Assembly (NCBI GenBank): GCA_951406725.2 | Contig: OX597815.1 | Span: 139,624,001-139,688,000 of the forward strand | From: Octopus vulgaris | Taxonomy: Eukaryota | Length of the DNA: 64,000 bases | Reading direction: 5' to 3' | Shown here: positions 25,390 to 39,802 of the stretch, one piece after another | Layout of the letters: every line of letters starts with the position of its first letter | Numbering within the stretch: the stretch's first letter is position 1 | Notes under the pieces: model-generated | What the model was told of the DNA's origin: nothing | Seen by the model: only the letters and a program-made list of their open reading frames with translations | The model's database searches: none | Translations under genes and position numbers: made by a program

Positions 25390-25790
25390 GTAAGGTTGTG
25401 TGCTAAGAAGCTTGCTTCCCACCCCCATGTTTCCGGGTTCAGTCCCACTGCATGGTACCTTGGGCAAATGTCTCCTACTATAGACTCGGGTCGACCAAAG
25501 CCTTGTGAGTAGATTTGGTAGACGGAAACTGAAAGAAGCCCGTCGTATGTGTGTGTGTATCTTTGTGTGCGTGTGTCTTTGTGTTTGTCCTTCACCACCG
25601 CTTGACAACCAGTGTTGATGTATTTACGTCCACGTAACTTAGCGGTACGGCAAAAGACACCAATAGAACAAGTGCTAGGCTTCAAAAAGAATAAGTTCTA
25701 AGGTTCGACTATAAATCCTTCAAGGTGGTGCCCTAGCATGGCCGCAGTCAAATGATTGAAACAAGTAAAAGATGAAAGATAAAAGATATA
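25390..25790 (+). mobile_element. Family A SINE
   Basis: Complete head, core, internal TG tract and tail. Confidence 0.85.
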
Positions 25791-25832
25791 CATAATATCG
25801 TCTGCTCGTACACATGTATACATATATGTATG

Positions 25833-25866
<34 letters not shown>

Positions 25867-25926
25867 TGTATGTATGTATGTATGTATGAATGTATGTATG
25901 TCCGTATGCGTGTATGCATGTATGTA

Positions 25927-25962
<36 letters not shown>

Positions 25963-25996
25963 TGGATGGATGGATGGATGGATGGATGGATGGATG

Positions 25997-26084
<88 letters not shown>

Positions 26085-26982
26085 CAAACTGAGAACACGC
26101 GATATCCATGGAGACATGCATGTTTTGTATCCATGTAGAGCTTTATATGCACGTTGTGTGTGTATATGAATTTATATACATACATAGACCTGTATACATA
26201 GACACATGTTATATTATGTATGTATTTCTACAATTCTATATATTCTTATACAAATCGCAGCAATCTTTATATGTATGTACCTTATTAAAAAACGCTTTGT
26301 TGCAACAGCTGGTCGACTATATTGATTTTGTTAGTGAACCACATATTTCTTATCGATCACTGATAAGCTTCTCAATATTTTCTTTCAGTTCCCTTCGATT
26401 ATATTTGCTCCGTCGAGCTACCGTTAAATATTTATATACATAAAACGGCTTAAATATCTACACATATACGTCGTCCACATTGTTGAAAATGCAGACGAAT
26501 ACAGTTAATATACACTCGCACACAAACACCCTCAAATAGACATCGGCGTATATACATTCTCATAAATAAGAATGTCAAAGTACTCACACAAGTACATCCT
26601 CTCACATCTATACACACAAAGCATACATTATATGCATACATGCACATATTCAAACGTGCATGCATACATGTATATATATATATATATATATGCATATATA
26701 CATGTATACATAAATGCATACATATACGCATGCATAAATACATATATACATACACGCATCATCATCGTTTAACGTCCGTTTTCCATGCTAGCATGGGTTG
26801 GACGAGTACATACCTACATACATACACACTACTGCAATCTGTAAGAAGAACAGTAAAATATGCAAGATTTTTCTTAGGTTCAACGTGCGACACTTATTGT
26901 TGTATTTATTCAAATTTCAGCGATGGAGTTTTGATTCGTTGTTAGAGTACAGTTCTTTTACTTGAAGAACTTAAATAACGAA

Positions 26983-27025
<43 letters not shown>

Positions 27026-27136
27026 AGAGAAAGAAAGAAAGAAAGAAGTAAATAAATAGCTACACATGCATACTAACAAAGAAATGAATGAGTGCGCATG
27101 CATGTATATATACATATGCATAGAGATAGATAGATT

Positions 27137-27222
<86 letters not shown>

Positions 27223-27602
27223 GATTGGAGAAGGTTACATTTGTAGCAGTGGGTACTGCAGATATCATTTGCACATATACTTGCATCTCTATATGAAGTA
27301 GTATTAAGAGGTGGAGAGGGCAACAACCCTGACCTTTCCAGTACCCCTTCCAATGCATACACACACACACATACTCACACACAAATGCAGTTATAATGGT
27401 TTGGCTAAGATGATTGATGTTCGGTTCATGTATGTGTAGATCGATATGCGCAAGAGGAAAAGAAGGACATGAAGTGAAGGTAAGATTAATTGGGCTAAGT
27501 GTGAGGTGAGATGCGGAAGGAATGAAATAAGAAGGAGAGATATGTGTTTTGTCAGAATTATACGGCTAACTTGTTCAGAGGATTAAAGGCCCTTGTCAGT
27601 GT

Positions 27603-27743
<141 letters not shown>

Positions 27744-27963
27744 GGATAGATAGATAGATATACGTGCACACATACACACACAGTTTCACCACCAAGAATG
27801 TGGTCATGCTAGAGCATCCTCTATACAATGAGAACTGATTCAATTTTGGTGAATAGGAGAGCCTAATGGCGTCATTCTTAGTGACGTTTCCTATCAAAAA
27901 TTGACTAATTCTTTTGGAATCGCAAGCAGTAGATTATCTAAGTACTTCTTGAATACATGTACA

Positions 27964-28055
<92 letters not shown>

Positions 28056-28581
28056 CGCGCGTAAAAATTACTGTAAGATCATTAGAAATAGTCACCTACC
28101 ATTTATAGCAATTTTCAGGGTTTTAACTGTTATTCATTTGTAGAGTGGGTTACGGACATATTAAATCTGCTTCTTTGATATGCATTGTAGCTGTGTATTT
28201 GTGCAGTTGAGAACAATTAGATTGTCATATTCCTATAGAACTATGGTCATGAGGTTTGTTGTTCCTGAAGGTATTTCGATCACGTCTGTCGAGGTGTCTA
28301 AATTGAAGTGTGAATGACGTCTGTCTATGAACAGTTGAGAAGCGAAGAGTTAGTATTATATGTGTGTGGTGTTAGAGGTTACAGCAAGTGGTTTAGTTAA
28401 TGCAAAAGAGAAGCATAACTAGATTCTGACATATACTAGAGCTTGATATGAATACTGATCGGAGTCAGCCACCATTGTCACACGGTGGCTATGTTGTAGT
28501 CTGAACAGAATGATTGTCATACCAAAAATAAAAGAAGGTATAGAATGTAGAAAAAAAATTTCAGTATGATGTTTTCATATA

Positions 28582-28738
28582 GGCGCAGGAGTGGCTGTGT
28601 GGTAAGTAGCTTGCTTACCAACCACATGGTTCCGAGTTCAGTTCCACTGCGTGGCACCTTGGGCAAGTGTCTTCTACTATAGCCTCGAGCCGACCAAAGC
28701 CTTGTGAGTGGATTTGGTAGATGGAAACTGAAAGAAGC

Positions 28739-28781
<43 letters not shown>

Positions 28782-28984
28782 TCTGTTTGTCCCCACCAAC
28801 ATCGTTTGACAACCGATGCTGGTGTTTTTACGTCCCCGTAACTTAGCGGTTCGTCAAAACAGACCGGTAGAATAAGTATTAGGCTTACAAAGAATAAGTC
28901 CTGGGGGGGGGGCGGTCGATTTTCTCGACTAAGGGCGGTGCTCCAGCATGGCCACAGTCAAATGATTGAAACAAATAAAAAAGA
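28582..28984 (+). mobile_element. Family A tRNA-derived CORE-like SINE, near-consensus copy
   Basis: GGCGCAGGAGTGGCTGTGTGGTAAG (box A), GAGTTCAGTTCC (box B), CCTTGGGCAAGT core, (TG)n, tail. Very similar to 52851-53250. Confidence 0.9.
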
Positions 28985-29675
28985 ATATAATATATATATA
29001 GTGATTTTTCAGGAGTGACGACAACAGAACCAAACAAAATCAAACGAATCGCTTATTTACTGTTTAATTCTAGTTTACCAATTTTACACACATAAACAAA
29101 TACATAGATTATAATACACCCTCATTGTCTACATTTGAAGGTGTGAGGCCTAAAACGGAGAATCAAACTGCTTGCGGTGAGTGATTATTGGAGAGAAGAG
29201 ACAGCTAAATGGTTCAGGGCTGATATATCTACGAAATATCTCTTTGTTCTCGAGAATAAACAACATTAAATATCCTTAATACGGTTTTGATGAAAGTAAG
29301 AGCCTGAGGTTTGCAAGATAACTTAGACAGATGTGTAATGAGGTGTAGACGTGTAAACGTGTGTGGGAAAAAACGTGTCTGTTGAAGTTGTAAGTTATCA
29401 ATTTGAAGTTGCTCTTTTGTAAAAATAAAGTTACGATAATGGTTTTAAGGGTACAAAAAAAAAAGAAGAGAAAAAGACCGCAGTAAAATATTGAAATCTG
29501 AGATACGTATGTGTATGCGTGTGTGTTTGTGCGTGTGTGTGTGTGTGTGTGTATGTGTGTGTGTGTGTGCGTGCGTGCGTGTATGTATGAATGCATATAT
29601 ACATGTGTGTATGTATATATATACATGTATACAGAAAGAAAGAGAGAAAGAGAAAGACTATTCATTTATAACTAT

Positions 29676-29731
<56 letters not shown>

Positions 29732-29792
29732 GTAAATATATGCGTATATGTGAAGATATAAATATATTTACGCACACTCACATATATATATA

Positions 29793-30436
29793 TTGTGGTT
29801 AGTGGTTAGGGTGTTGCACCCATGTTCGTAACAATGCGGTTTCGATATCTGGACAGAGTAATGCGTTGTGCTCTTTTGCAAAAACACTTCATTTCCCGTT
29901 TCTCCAGTCCGCTCAGCTGGCAAATATGAGTAATCCTGTGGCGGACCGGCGTCCCATCCAGGTGAGAAATATATACGCCAAGACTTATGAGCACGGGAAG
30001 GACCTTTGATTTTTTTCATCATGTATATTGATCCCCCTTGGTGTGTGTGTGGGGGGGAAAAGATCACTGGGGCGCTGCAGTCATGCTGTATATCTAGGGC
30101 GAGGAAGCCTGGCGAAGCCCATCCCTTTTCCAGGCTAAATTCATTTCTACAGCTGAGTGGACTGGAACAATGTGAAATGAAGTGTTTTACTCAAGAGCAC
30201 AACGGATAACCCGGTCCAGGGATCGAAACCACAATCTTACAATTGTGAATCCAACACTCTAACCACCAAACGACGCACCTCCTCTAGTGGTACTCATTTC
30301 TACAGCTGAGTAGACTGGAGCAACATGAAGTGAAGTGTTTTGCTCAAGAACACGACGCATCGCCCGGTCTAGAAATCGAAACCGCAATCTTACGATCGTG
30401 AGTCCAACACCCTAACCACTAAGCCACACGCCTCCA
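29793..30436. mobile_element. Cluster of three family C tRNA-SINEs (29793-30000 plus; 30140-30283 and 30290-30436 minus)
   Basis: Shared block CAGCTGAGTGGACTGGAGCAAC.TGAA.TGAAGTGTTTTGCTCAAGAACAC and head GTGGCTTAGTGGTTAGGGTGTTG. Other copies at about 11050, 33497, 40431, 47400, 48688, 50243 and 52530. Confidence 0.85.
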
Positions 30437-30457
30437 CATATGTACGTATGTATGTAC

Positions 30458-30548
<91 letters not shown>

Positions 30549-30996
30549 CTATCTCTTCCTATAGCATGTGGTCGACGCAATACTTGCAAGTGAAACAAAG
30601 TAGGCAGAAACCGTATCGAAACCCATATCATGGACTCTACCTGAAATTCAAAGGTCAATCTTTGTGACACTCTGTCAAGGGGATATTTTTACTTGAGAAT
30701 TACATAAAAGATACACATGCCTGTGGAATACCCAGTCACTTATACGTTATTTTAGAGAAGAAGCTGTTCAGTCGATCGAACAACTGATTCGACATCGTCG
30801 AAACCGACGGAGATCCATTTAACTGCATCGGATGGATTGGCTGCACTAAAAGTATGTACATACTAAAATTAAATATTTAGAGTAATGTGTAGGTGAATAT
30901 GTGTGTAAGCGAAGGCGACAAGCTGGCAGAACCGTTACCACGCCAGGTGAAATGCCTAGCAGCATTTCGTCCTCCTTTAAAGTCTGGACTCAAATT

Positions 30997-31033
<37 letters not shown>

Positions 31034-31044
31034 AACACACACAA

Positions 31045-31108
<64 letters not shown>

Positions 31109-31569
31109 GTATGTATATATATGTTTGTGTGTGTTTGTCTATGTGTGTGTGTTCAGGAAATGGCTCTCCTATATGGCTCTCCTGTATTGACACATTTTTG
31201 ACGAAAGATAGTATCATATATACCAGTCTTTTAGTAATATATGTAAATTTGTGTACATAGAACATTGCTGCAACTAATGCCCATCAGAAGTTCAAGCTGA
31301 ACTTTCAATTGTATCGATCAATTTTCTAAACAATGCTAAATCATGGTCAGACATTGTTACAGAATTATCCGATTCATTTCGGTGTAAGAAGCAGGCATTA
31401 GTCTTCTGCCTTATATCATTCATTAAGTCTCTTTTCTTAACTAAAGCCTATTTTCTTCAGAACCAATTTGATTGTGAAGACCTATGACTGCTGGGTGAGC
31501 GCCATACCTTTAAGCTAGAATTATTTTGAAACCTGAGATCATTTGAAGGATCTTTCTGATCAGTTGTTG

Positions 31570-32130
31570 CCATTTCGGATTTGTATCGACACTGCCTTTG
31601 GGTGTGAAGCAGTTGTGTATACTGTCCGCCATTACTTCTACGGTGAACACAGTTAAAGTTATCACCGCATTACCGAAGATCTACATTCAAGAGAATTCTA
31701 CCATAACATGAAATACTATAACGCGAAACGTATTCACCGACGACTTCCAAGTAACATCGAAAATAGGTTTAACGTTACAGATATTCACTTTGCGGTACGA
31801 TTTTCTAGAGCGCAACTCTTCTGTGATGCGGAGGATAGCATCAAAATTAAATTTGTTCTCAAGCCCGACATTTCAATCACTTTTAATTCGGCCCTTTATC
31901 TGGAATTCATCTCACTTCTTTCTGGTTGAATCGGATATCTTCCGCGTTAGAAATTCGGCTGAGATATTTGTTACGTCCCACACTCATCGGTTTATCGATT
32001 CATGACGCTGATAGAAGTGTATCGTCTGAGTTGAGCTTTTGGCTCTTTGGTGATGCTTGTATTGGTAGTGAAACAGTTCAGTTATTCAACACTACTGAAC
32101 TGCATATGAAGGAACTACAATAATCTCAGA
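31570..32130 (+). mobile_element. Decayed CRE-clade-like non-LTR reverse transcriptase fragment
   Basis: GCEAVVYTVRHYF resembles GCEAAVHAxRxF, and SSELSFWLFGDACIG resembles SEFNVWYLDDGTIG, in the expected order with stops. Confidence 0.45.
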
Positions 32131-32657
32131 ATAAAGATGAAGGATGTAAAATTTCAGCTTTTCATATTGACCGCAATCTAGATCAACACAAAACGTACTA
32201 AAAATATTCAGGCGTCAAGTTCTATGGGCTGCCGTCCCTCAACAACAATACCAGTTGTTAATTGGTTTTAGCATTCCAAGGATCTCGGCAAAGATACAAA
32301 ATCTGCGTACCCTTAATACTTGTAGAATAAAGCTACATCAAACTTTTCCATTCTTAGGAACTGCCGGATGCCAAAATTGACATATCTTGTAAGTATTCCC
32401 TCTATTATGCTTGTTTGTAGTTTAACTGATTTTTGGCCTATTTACGAAAAAAAAAAACCTAGGGAAAATACGTAATGTCGGTTTGTTAAATGTTCTTATC
32501 TGAACACAAACATCTTTTTTATCATTGTGTAATGGCAGTTTGGGATTTTGTATCACTCGAGACCTTCCATTGTCTTGCTTGTTGGCATCCTCCTATTCTG
32601 GTTAATTGAAGTTGGAAGGAAAAGGAATATAGTTAAGGTGGCAAGGATGCACCAGTA

Positions 32658-32690
<33 letters not shown>

Positions 32691-32784
32691 CAATTTTTAG
32701 CACACGTATACACACACAGCACACACACATATCTATACACACACATACACACAGACTCACATACATACACACAAACATACATAG

Positions 32785-33476
32785 AGTTCTATATTTAAGA
32801 GATGAGGAATTATGTACATTATTAACATTTGACGGATATTTGTCCTCATCTTGTTTGTTCTTAACACGTTTCGGTTAATATACCTTCCAGCCTTCATCGG
32901 GTGTCTTGGGAAAATTTCTAACCCGGTTTCTCGTTCCTAAGTTATTTTTCGATGTTATATTAATAATAATAATAATTATCATCATCATCATCATCATTAT
33001 TATTATTATTATTCAAAATCACTGCCTCGAACTCAGAATCTTGGGGTTAGTAGCCCGCGCTCTTAACCACTACGCCATATGCCCGTGGGCAATTATAGAG
33101 TGAATTTTAGGGCTTATAAATCTAATATTTTCCTATCCTTCCTTAATACCGGTTCCCATATGCTGCTCATATCTACACTCGGTCTGCTTAGGAGGTTGTT
33201 GTGTCCTAACATATGTGCTGTTTCTTTTAGTTTTCTTATTTTCCAGTAGTGTTCTCTGTCTATTATTTTAACTTCATCCCACAGGGGGAGGTGGTCTCTA
33301 TTTTTCCCTACATGAACAGCTATACCCGATTTATCAATATCTCCTCGTGTCACAGTTTTGCGATGTTTGTCTACCCTTATTTTGAGGGGCGGCACATTTC
33401 ACCTTTGTATAGCCTACCACAGCTGCACGGGATGGAGTACACGCAGTCTTTGGTCAAATTCTTTTCTGTTGGTTGC
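32785..33476 (-). mobile_element. Penelope element 3' fragment: GIY-YIG endonuclease, tRNA-like cassette, pseudo-LTR with degenerate HHR
   Basis: TKDCVYSIPCSCGRLYKGE...KIRVDKHRK...SGIAVHV...RKLKETAHM...NLLSR; HHR remnant at 32863-32905; same family as 42249-43887. Confidence 0.9.
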
Positions 33477-34029
33477 AATATGAACTTAATTTGTACTGGC
33501 ACTCCGTCGGTTACGACGTCAAGGGTTCGAGTTGATCCGATCAACGGAACAGCCTGCTCGTGAAATTAACGTGCAAGTGGCTAAGCAATCCACAAGCACG
33601 CATACCCTTAACGTATTTCTCAGGGTTGACTTAGCGTGACGCAGAATGTGACAAGGCTGACCCTTTAAATTACAGATATAACATATTCTTGCCAGCTCAC
33701 GATCGTGAGCCGAATACCCTAAACACTAAGCTAAACATCCTTCACAACCTATTTTACCTGCAATATATTAACGACTACTTAAATATAGTCTGAAAACAGG
33801 TGAAAAATAACAAAACGCAACTCCATTGAATAAACTTTTCCTACATCTCCATACATTTTGCAGAATTATTCACCTATAAGGTACGTGTAAACTCTAGATT
33901 TTGTTCATTGTTTCATTCAGCCTTGAGACAAATGAATCTTGAAAGTCAAGGACAACATATATCCGTGAGTACCTGCGTGAGTATATAATTATCACAGTCA
34001 ACCTATATATACACACACACATACTCACA

Positions 34030-34114
<85 letters not shown>

Positions 34115-34353
34115 GAGAAAAGGTTGAGTTCTATTTCAACCTTTACTTTGGAGGGTTCCAAAGGTCGATTTCTAATAATGACTCTTCATATTTCATTGGT
34201 AGGTTACAGTTGTAAGAATTTTGCGAATATGGAAATGCTACAAGTATAAGGTGTGTTATGAGAATTTATAGAACAAGTACCCTACAGAAACTGAACAAAT
34301 TTTTAAAGATGGGTAAGAGAATATGTTAAAAATTTGAAAAGAATTTAATCCAT

Positions 34354-34463
34354 GCATACGATCGTTTCAAACGGCAATATTAATATGTAAATAACATGGT
34401 CGAAAAATTACAATTAATTTAATTTAAATTAAATTAATTACGTATTACTGTTCTCCTCAGTGC
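34354..34463 (-). ncRNA. Type I HHR with very long AT-rich stem II
   Basis: GCA-CTGAGGA-GAAC...[about 85 nt]...GTTT-GAAA-CGATCG-TA-TGC; canonical core and the same stem III as 17659-17748. Confidence 0.6.
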
Positions 34464-35071
34464 GAAAATAGAATACATCAAAACTAATATTATTATTATT
34501 ATTACAGAATACTTGATAGAGTATCACATAACACATTCGGATATACATATCATCCTCATGAAAGATTAAGAGCATGCTAAGATTTTGTAAGCAGAGTTAG
34601 CCGTTGGAATAACCGTCTTAGGGATAAGAATATCCGTTCTTACTACTGGTATCATTTACCTATATTATCTCTGGGCATGGGTATGCAAGCACACTGTGCT
34701 TATAGGGTACGGGTAATAAATTTAAATAAGCAGAAAATGGGGGAAACATTTGATCAACAAAAGGAAAATTAGTCAATTATTTTTTAATACAAAACATAAC
34801 ATGACATAACATTTCTCACGGCCGCTTCGGCTGCCGATGTCAATCGGTGCTTACAAAGAAAATTCCGAAAATCATATTCGCCATCTTTATAGCACATTCG
34901 ATCTAGTACATGGTGCTTCATCAGAGTAAATACAAATACCCAAAATAAAATAAACGAAGGGAAGAGGAAAGAACAGAGCCTCGAGATGAGGCCAGAAGGC
35001 TCAATATATTAGAATCCTTATTTGCAATATTTACATTTGACGGGTATTTGTCCTCATCTTGTTTGTTGTTA

Positions 35072-35115
35072 ACACAACGTTTCGGCTGATATACCTTCCA
35101 GCCTTCCTCAGGTGT
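35072..35115 (-). ncRNA. Intact-looking minimal Penelope HHR in a solo pseudo-LTR (about 35020-35140)
   Basis: ACAC-CTGAGGA-A-GGCTG-gaaggtatat-CAGCC-GAAA-CG-TT-GTGT. Confidence 0.8.
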
Positions 35116-35227
35116 CCTGGGGAAATTTCGAAACTGGGTCATGTTGTGTTATGTTTTGTATTAAAAAATAAGTAACCGATTTTGGTCGGTTTGTTTGTTG
35201 ATCAAAGGTTTTCTCCATTTTCTGCTT

Positions 35228-35285
<58 letters not shown>

Positions 35286-35595
35286 TCTCAGTTGTAACTG
35301 CCCGAAATGGTCATGACTTCTGGGACTTGACTGATGAAAGAAAACCAACCATGACCCGTCTTTTCTTGCCTGTCCTTCTAATTGTTGTTTCCCTTGTCCG
35401 CCTTTGTATTGTCTATCTGAACATTTTAATTCCCTCTATTGCGTTCTTTTCCATTTATATGTGTGTATATATATATCTATATACTGTGACTTGCTCACTT
35501 CTTATTTCTAACATTATAAAAACTCTACGGATACCTCTGTGTGTGTGTCTGTGTTTCAGACATTAGTATACCCCAATAAAGAGATAATAATGAAG

Positions 35596-35647
<52 letters not shown>

Positions 35648-35700
35648 GTAGAAGAAGAAGAAGGAGTAGAATATACATGTGTGTGTGCGTATGTATAGGC

Positions 35701-35741
<41 letters not shown>

Positions 35742-35907
35742 CATATATATATAAATATACACGGATAAGTAGAACGTTGGAATTATTTGTGAATTAAGCC
35801 TACCATTAATTTCATGTTAAGAAGAGTAGGAAAATATTCAAGTATCTTAACAATTCTTCAAGCCGATCACATGGAGAAAGGTGTTCGCCACCTTCCACAA
35901 ATAAATA

Positions 35908-36003
<96 letters not shown>

Positions 36004-36038
36004 CAAGAAATGGAAAGCAATGTGTGTGTGTGTGTGTG

Positions 36039-36099
<61 letters not shown>

Positions 36100-36812
36100 G
36101 CAAGAAATGGAAAGCAAAAAAGATCTTTGAAATACTACATAATGTGCTCAAGTTTTTCACTTGCCCCCTACTTCTTAGCCTATTCAGCCGAGTAAACACA
36201 CAGTGAAATCACTAAAAGCTCTCTCTAACCGACACCATGTACTATTACTAAAACATTATCTCTGTCTCCCCTCTCTCTTTCTATCTCTTCCTTTTTTTTC
36301 TCCTTCTCTCTCTCTCACACACACACATTGTCTCTGTCTCTCTTTATCTCCCAGCCACTACGCACCATCAGAAAATCCAGCCTGTTTCTATAGCATCAAA
36401 CAACCAGGTATGTCCTCCACCACTTCCACCACTTCCACCACTTCCAACACAACCACCACCACAACCACCACCACAACCACCGCATCAATCCTCTCTGCCT
36501 ACACGAAACGATGCAAATCACACACCTGCTAACGACATTTACATTAGGACCACAACTCCACCGATCACACATTAGCTTTCATCAGTACAGTTGGGCATTA
36601 TCTGCACATTAACTCAACATTAGTTGCATATTAAGTGCACATTAGCTGCACACTGCAACAATATATTTCATACATGTATCACAGACACATTAATCGATCT
36701 GTGAACCATCCATGTCTCAGGAGCGATTGATTTATCGTTTTCACTACTTTCTTCCAATTCTACAGTTTAACTTTTCTTTAACTACATACTTTGCTGTTCT
36801 CCTACAACACTG

Positions 36813-36844
<32 letters not shown>

Positions 36845-37057
36845 CCTCTCTTTCTATCTCTCTATCTATCTATCTGTCTCATTTAACATTCTACCTATCC
36901 AACAACCTATCTATTTACCTACTTACCTACCTGTCATCTAACTGTCTATTTATCTATTTTCTCATACATTTATTACATATCTGTCTGTGTCAAACCCTGT
37001 ATCTACTTAACCACCTACCTACATGCTTACCTATTTACACACACATACATACATACA

Positions 37058-37091
<34 letters not shown>

Positions 37092-37136
37092 CATACATAC
37101 ATAAATATATACATATATATATGCATATATATGTGC

Positions 37137-37171
<35 letters not shown>

Positions 37172-37207
37172 ATTAATTTTACCCTCAATTGTTGATATAT
37201 ATATATA

Positions 37208-37246
<39 letters not shown>

Positions 37247-37489
37247 CACGATTGTTTGATGATCGGCATTGGGAAACTCTGAGTATCAGGGTTTTTTTTT
37301 TTTTTGCTTTTTCTTTTGGTTTGTTTTGTTTTTTTCAGCTTCAATAAATTGCGATTTTACTTTCTGTTCGGTATTCGAGTGTTATTTTGTACATCTTGTT
37401 TTGTACCAATGCGGTCGCACGTGTACATGTATGTGCCTAAATATATACATATACATATATATATATATATACACCTATATACATACATT

Positions 37490-37537
<48 letters not shown>

Positions 37538-37597
37538 TGTATATATATATATGTATCTATATATATACATGTATATGTAGACATACAAACATACATC

Positions 37598-37645
<48 letters not shown>

Positions 37646-38589
37646 GTATATCGATTGATCGATCTGTTTAATGTCTGCCTTTCTATAAAGCTATCTATAT
37701 ATTCATGTCTATGCATTTCTTTCTCTTCTTCTTCCACTATCTTCTTCCTTCTTCCAGTCTTCCCCTCCACCTCATGCTATCCCCCTACCATCCCTCCCCC
37801 CTGCTGTCTCTCAAAATAGGTAAATAGAGGAATATCACTTTCCACCCTCTGAAACATATACGCACATTCACTCAGACAAAAGCGTGCACACACACACAAG
37901 CACACAGAGGCACACTCATACAAGTTCTATATTCTATTCCTCGTCGTATATTTACTCATGTAATAGTGTGTATGTATGAGTATGTGTGTATATGTGTGTG
38001 TGTGTCAGTGAGTTTTAGTCTATGCATGAGTAAGTGTATAAGAATATGTCTGTCTGCGTGCCTGAACATATGAATATGTATGAATGTGAACTGGAGTGCA
38101 TGCTGGTTTTTGAAATTTTTCTCTAAAAATACTGATTTATTTCTGTTTTACATAGGTTCTACTCAGTCTATGTTGAAAATTTTCCGTGTTGTCTGGTAGT
38201 TGGTGCTTCAAACAAAATACCTTGCAATATTTTGTTAGGGTAGGGTGGTGAGCTGGCCGAACGTTTGTACGCCGGACAAAATGCTTAGCGGCATTTCGTC
38301 CGACTTTACGTCCTGAGTCCAAATTCCGCCGAGGTCGATTTCGCCTATCATCCTTTTGAGGTTGATAAATTGAGTACCAGTCTAATACTGGGTTGAATAT
38401 AATCGCTTTAACCCTCTGCTGAACTTGCTGGCCTTGTGCTAAAATGCGAAACCAATATTTTGTTAGGACTTTATATTCTAAGTTCAAAATATGCCGAGTT
38501 CATTTGATTAAACTGACCTCAGTGCTCGGCTGGTACTTTATGGACACCAGAAGGAGAAAAGACTTCAACGAAATACTTCTACAAATCGG

Positions 38590-39190
38590 GCACAGGTATT
38601 GGTTCACGTTCCACTCTAGCCGTGTGTATACGGTTAGCGGTGGGGAAGAGCGACAAAGTTCACGAGGGAGCTATGACCATTGACGAAGACGAACAGGTTT
38701 CGGGAGACTTTCTCATCGGGAAATTCTATGGGCAACTTCCAAAAATCCTTGTCCTCACAGTGCTGCCAGAGAGCGCTAGTGATTCGGCATAAACTCTACA
38801 GGCACGGAAGTGCAATCAGACGGACCTTCACAGTCCCCCACCAGAAAGGAAATGCAGCCGGTGGTACGTCAACCTCTGAGTGGTGGATACCAGGAATGTC
38901 GTTTTATGAAACTCTGAGCATCGATGAAGATCGACTGAGCAGCTTCCTCTGCAGGACTTCCAGCTGGGCCGCTATAGATAATATCTGAAAATAAGTAACT
39001 TGTAGTGCAATAGGATAGTGGGGTGGGATTAGAGATTGTCGGCTCGAGATAAATTCAAAGTACGCAAGTACCGTCAGCCCGGTCTGCCAGACGTGCCAAC
39101 TTATGAAACCGTTTTGCACATACTCGTTCAGTGTTTGCGCGTGGCTGATTTGTGGAGGTATGGCGAATAGATGCTAACAGCAATTGCTAA
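38590..39190 (+). mobile_element. Decayed L1/Tx1-like ORF2 C-terminal region
   Basis: SPVCQTCQL/ETVLHILVQCLRVADLW zinc knuckle (CX2C...HX4C) across a frameshift near 39100. Confidence 0.65.
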
Positions 39191-39678
39191 GTTTGACGAG
39201 TAAATTGATATAACAAAAAAGATATATTAATAACCAACCGTTGTGATGACATTGTATCCCATGGGCTTTATAGAACAGGCCAAATGTACAACATATTTCC
39301 CCCGTCATAAATACATTTATACCTTTTTTTAAAAGTAGTAACATGTAAATGTTATAAACATCAGGTAATCTTCATTTGTGAAATGCACGAGGTAAATACT
39401 TCAGATTCACGCGTTGGTTCGCTATGAGTATTTAGTTACCCACTGAAAACGAAACTGTCTTGGTTACGAAAACTGCTAGATACAGTAAAGAGACCATTTG
39501 TACAAATTTAACTCGTGTTTAAAATCTGCACCACCCACCAGCATGGAATGACTTTGAACTTGATACAACGTCTGAATTGAAAATTGCAGCGTGTGTAAAT
39601 GTATATGCGTATGTGTGTATGGGTGGTGGAAGATACAGAAAGAGAGAGAAAAAAAGAGAGTAAGAAAGAAAAAGAGAG

Positions 39679-39802
<124 letters not shown>

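Noticed and set aside
36355-36407. Plus-strand 53-nt exon candidate (cccag|...CAG|gtatgt)
   Set aside because: The pyrimidine tract is a (CT)n microsatellite, the peptide is unrecognisable and there is no partner exon. Not excluded, but unsupported.
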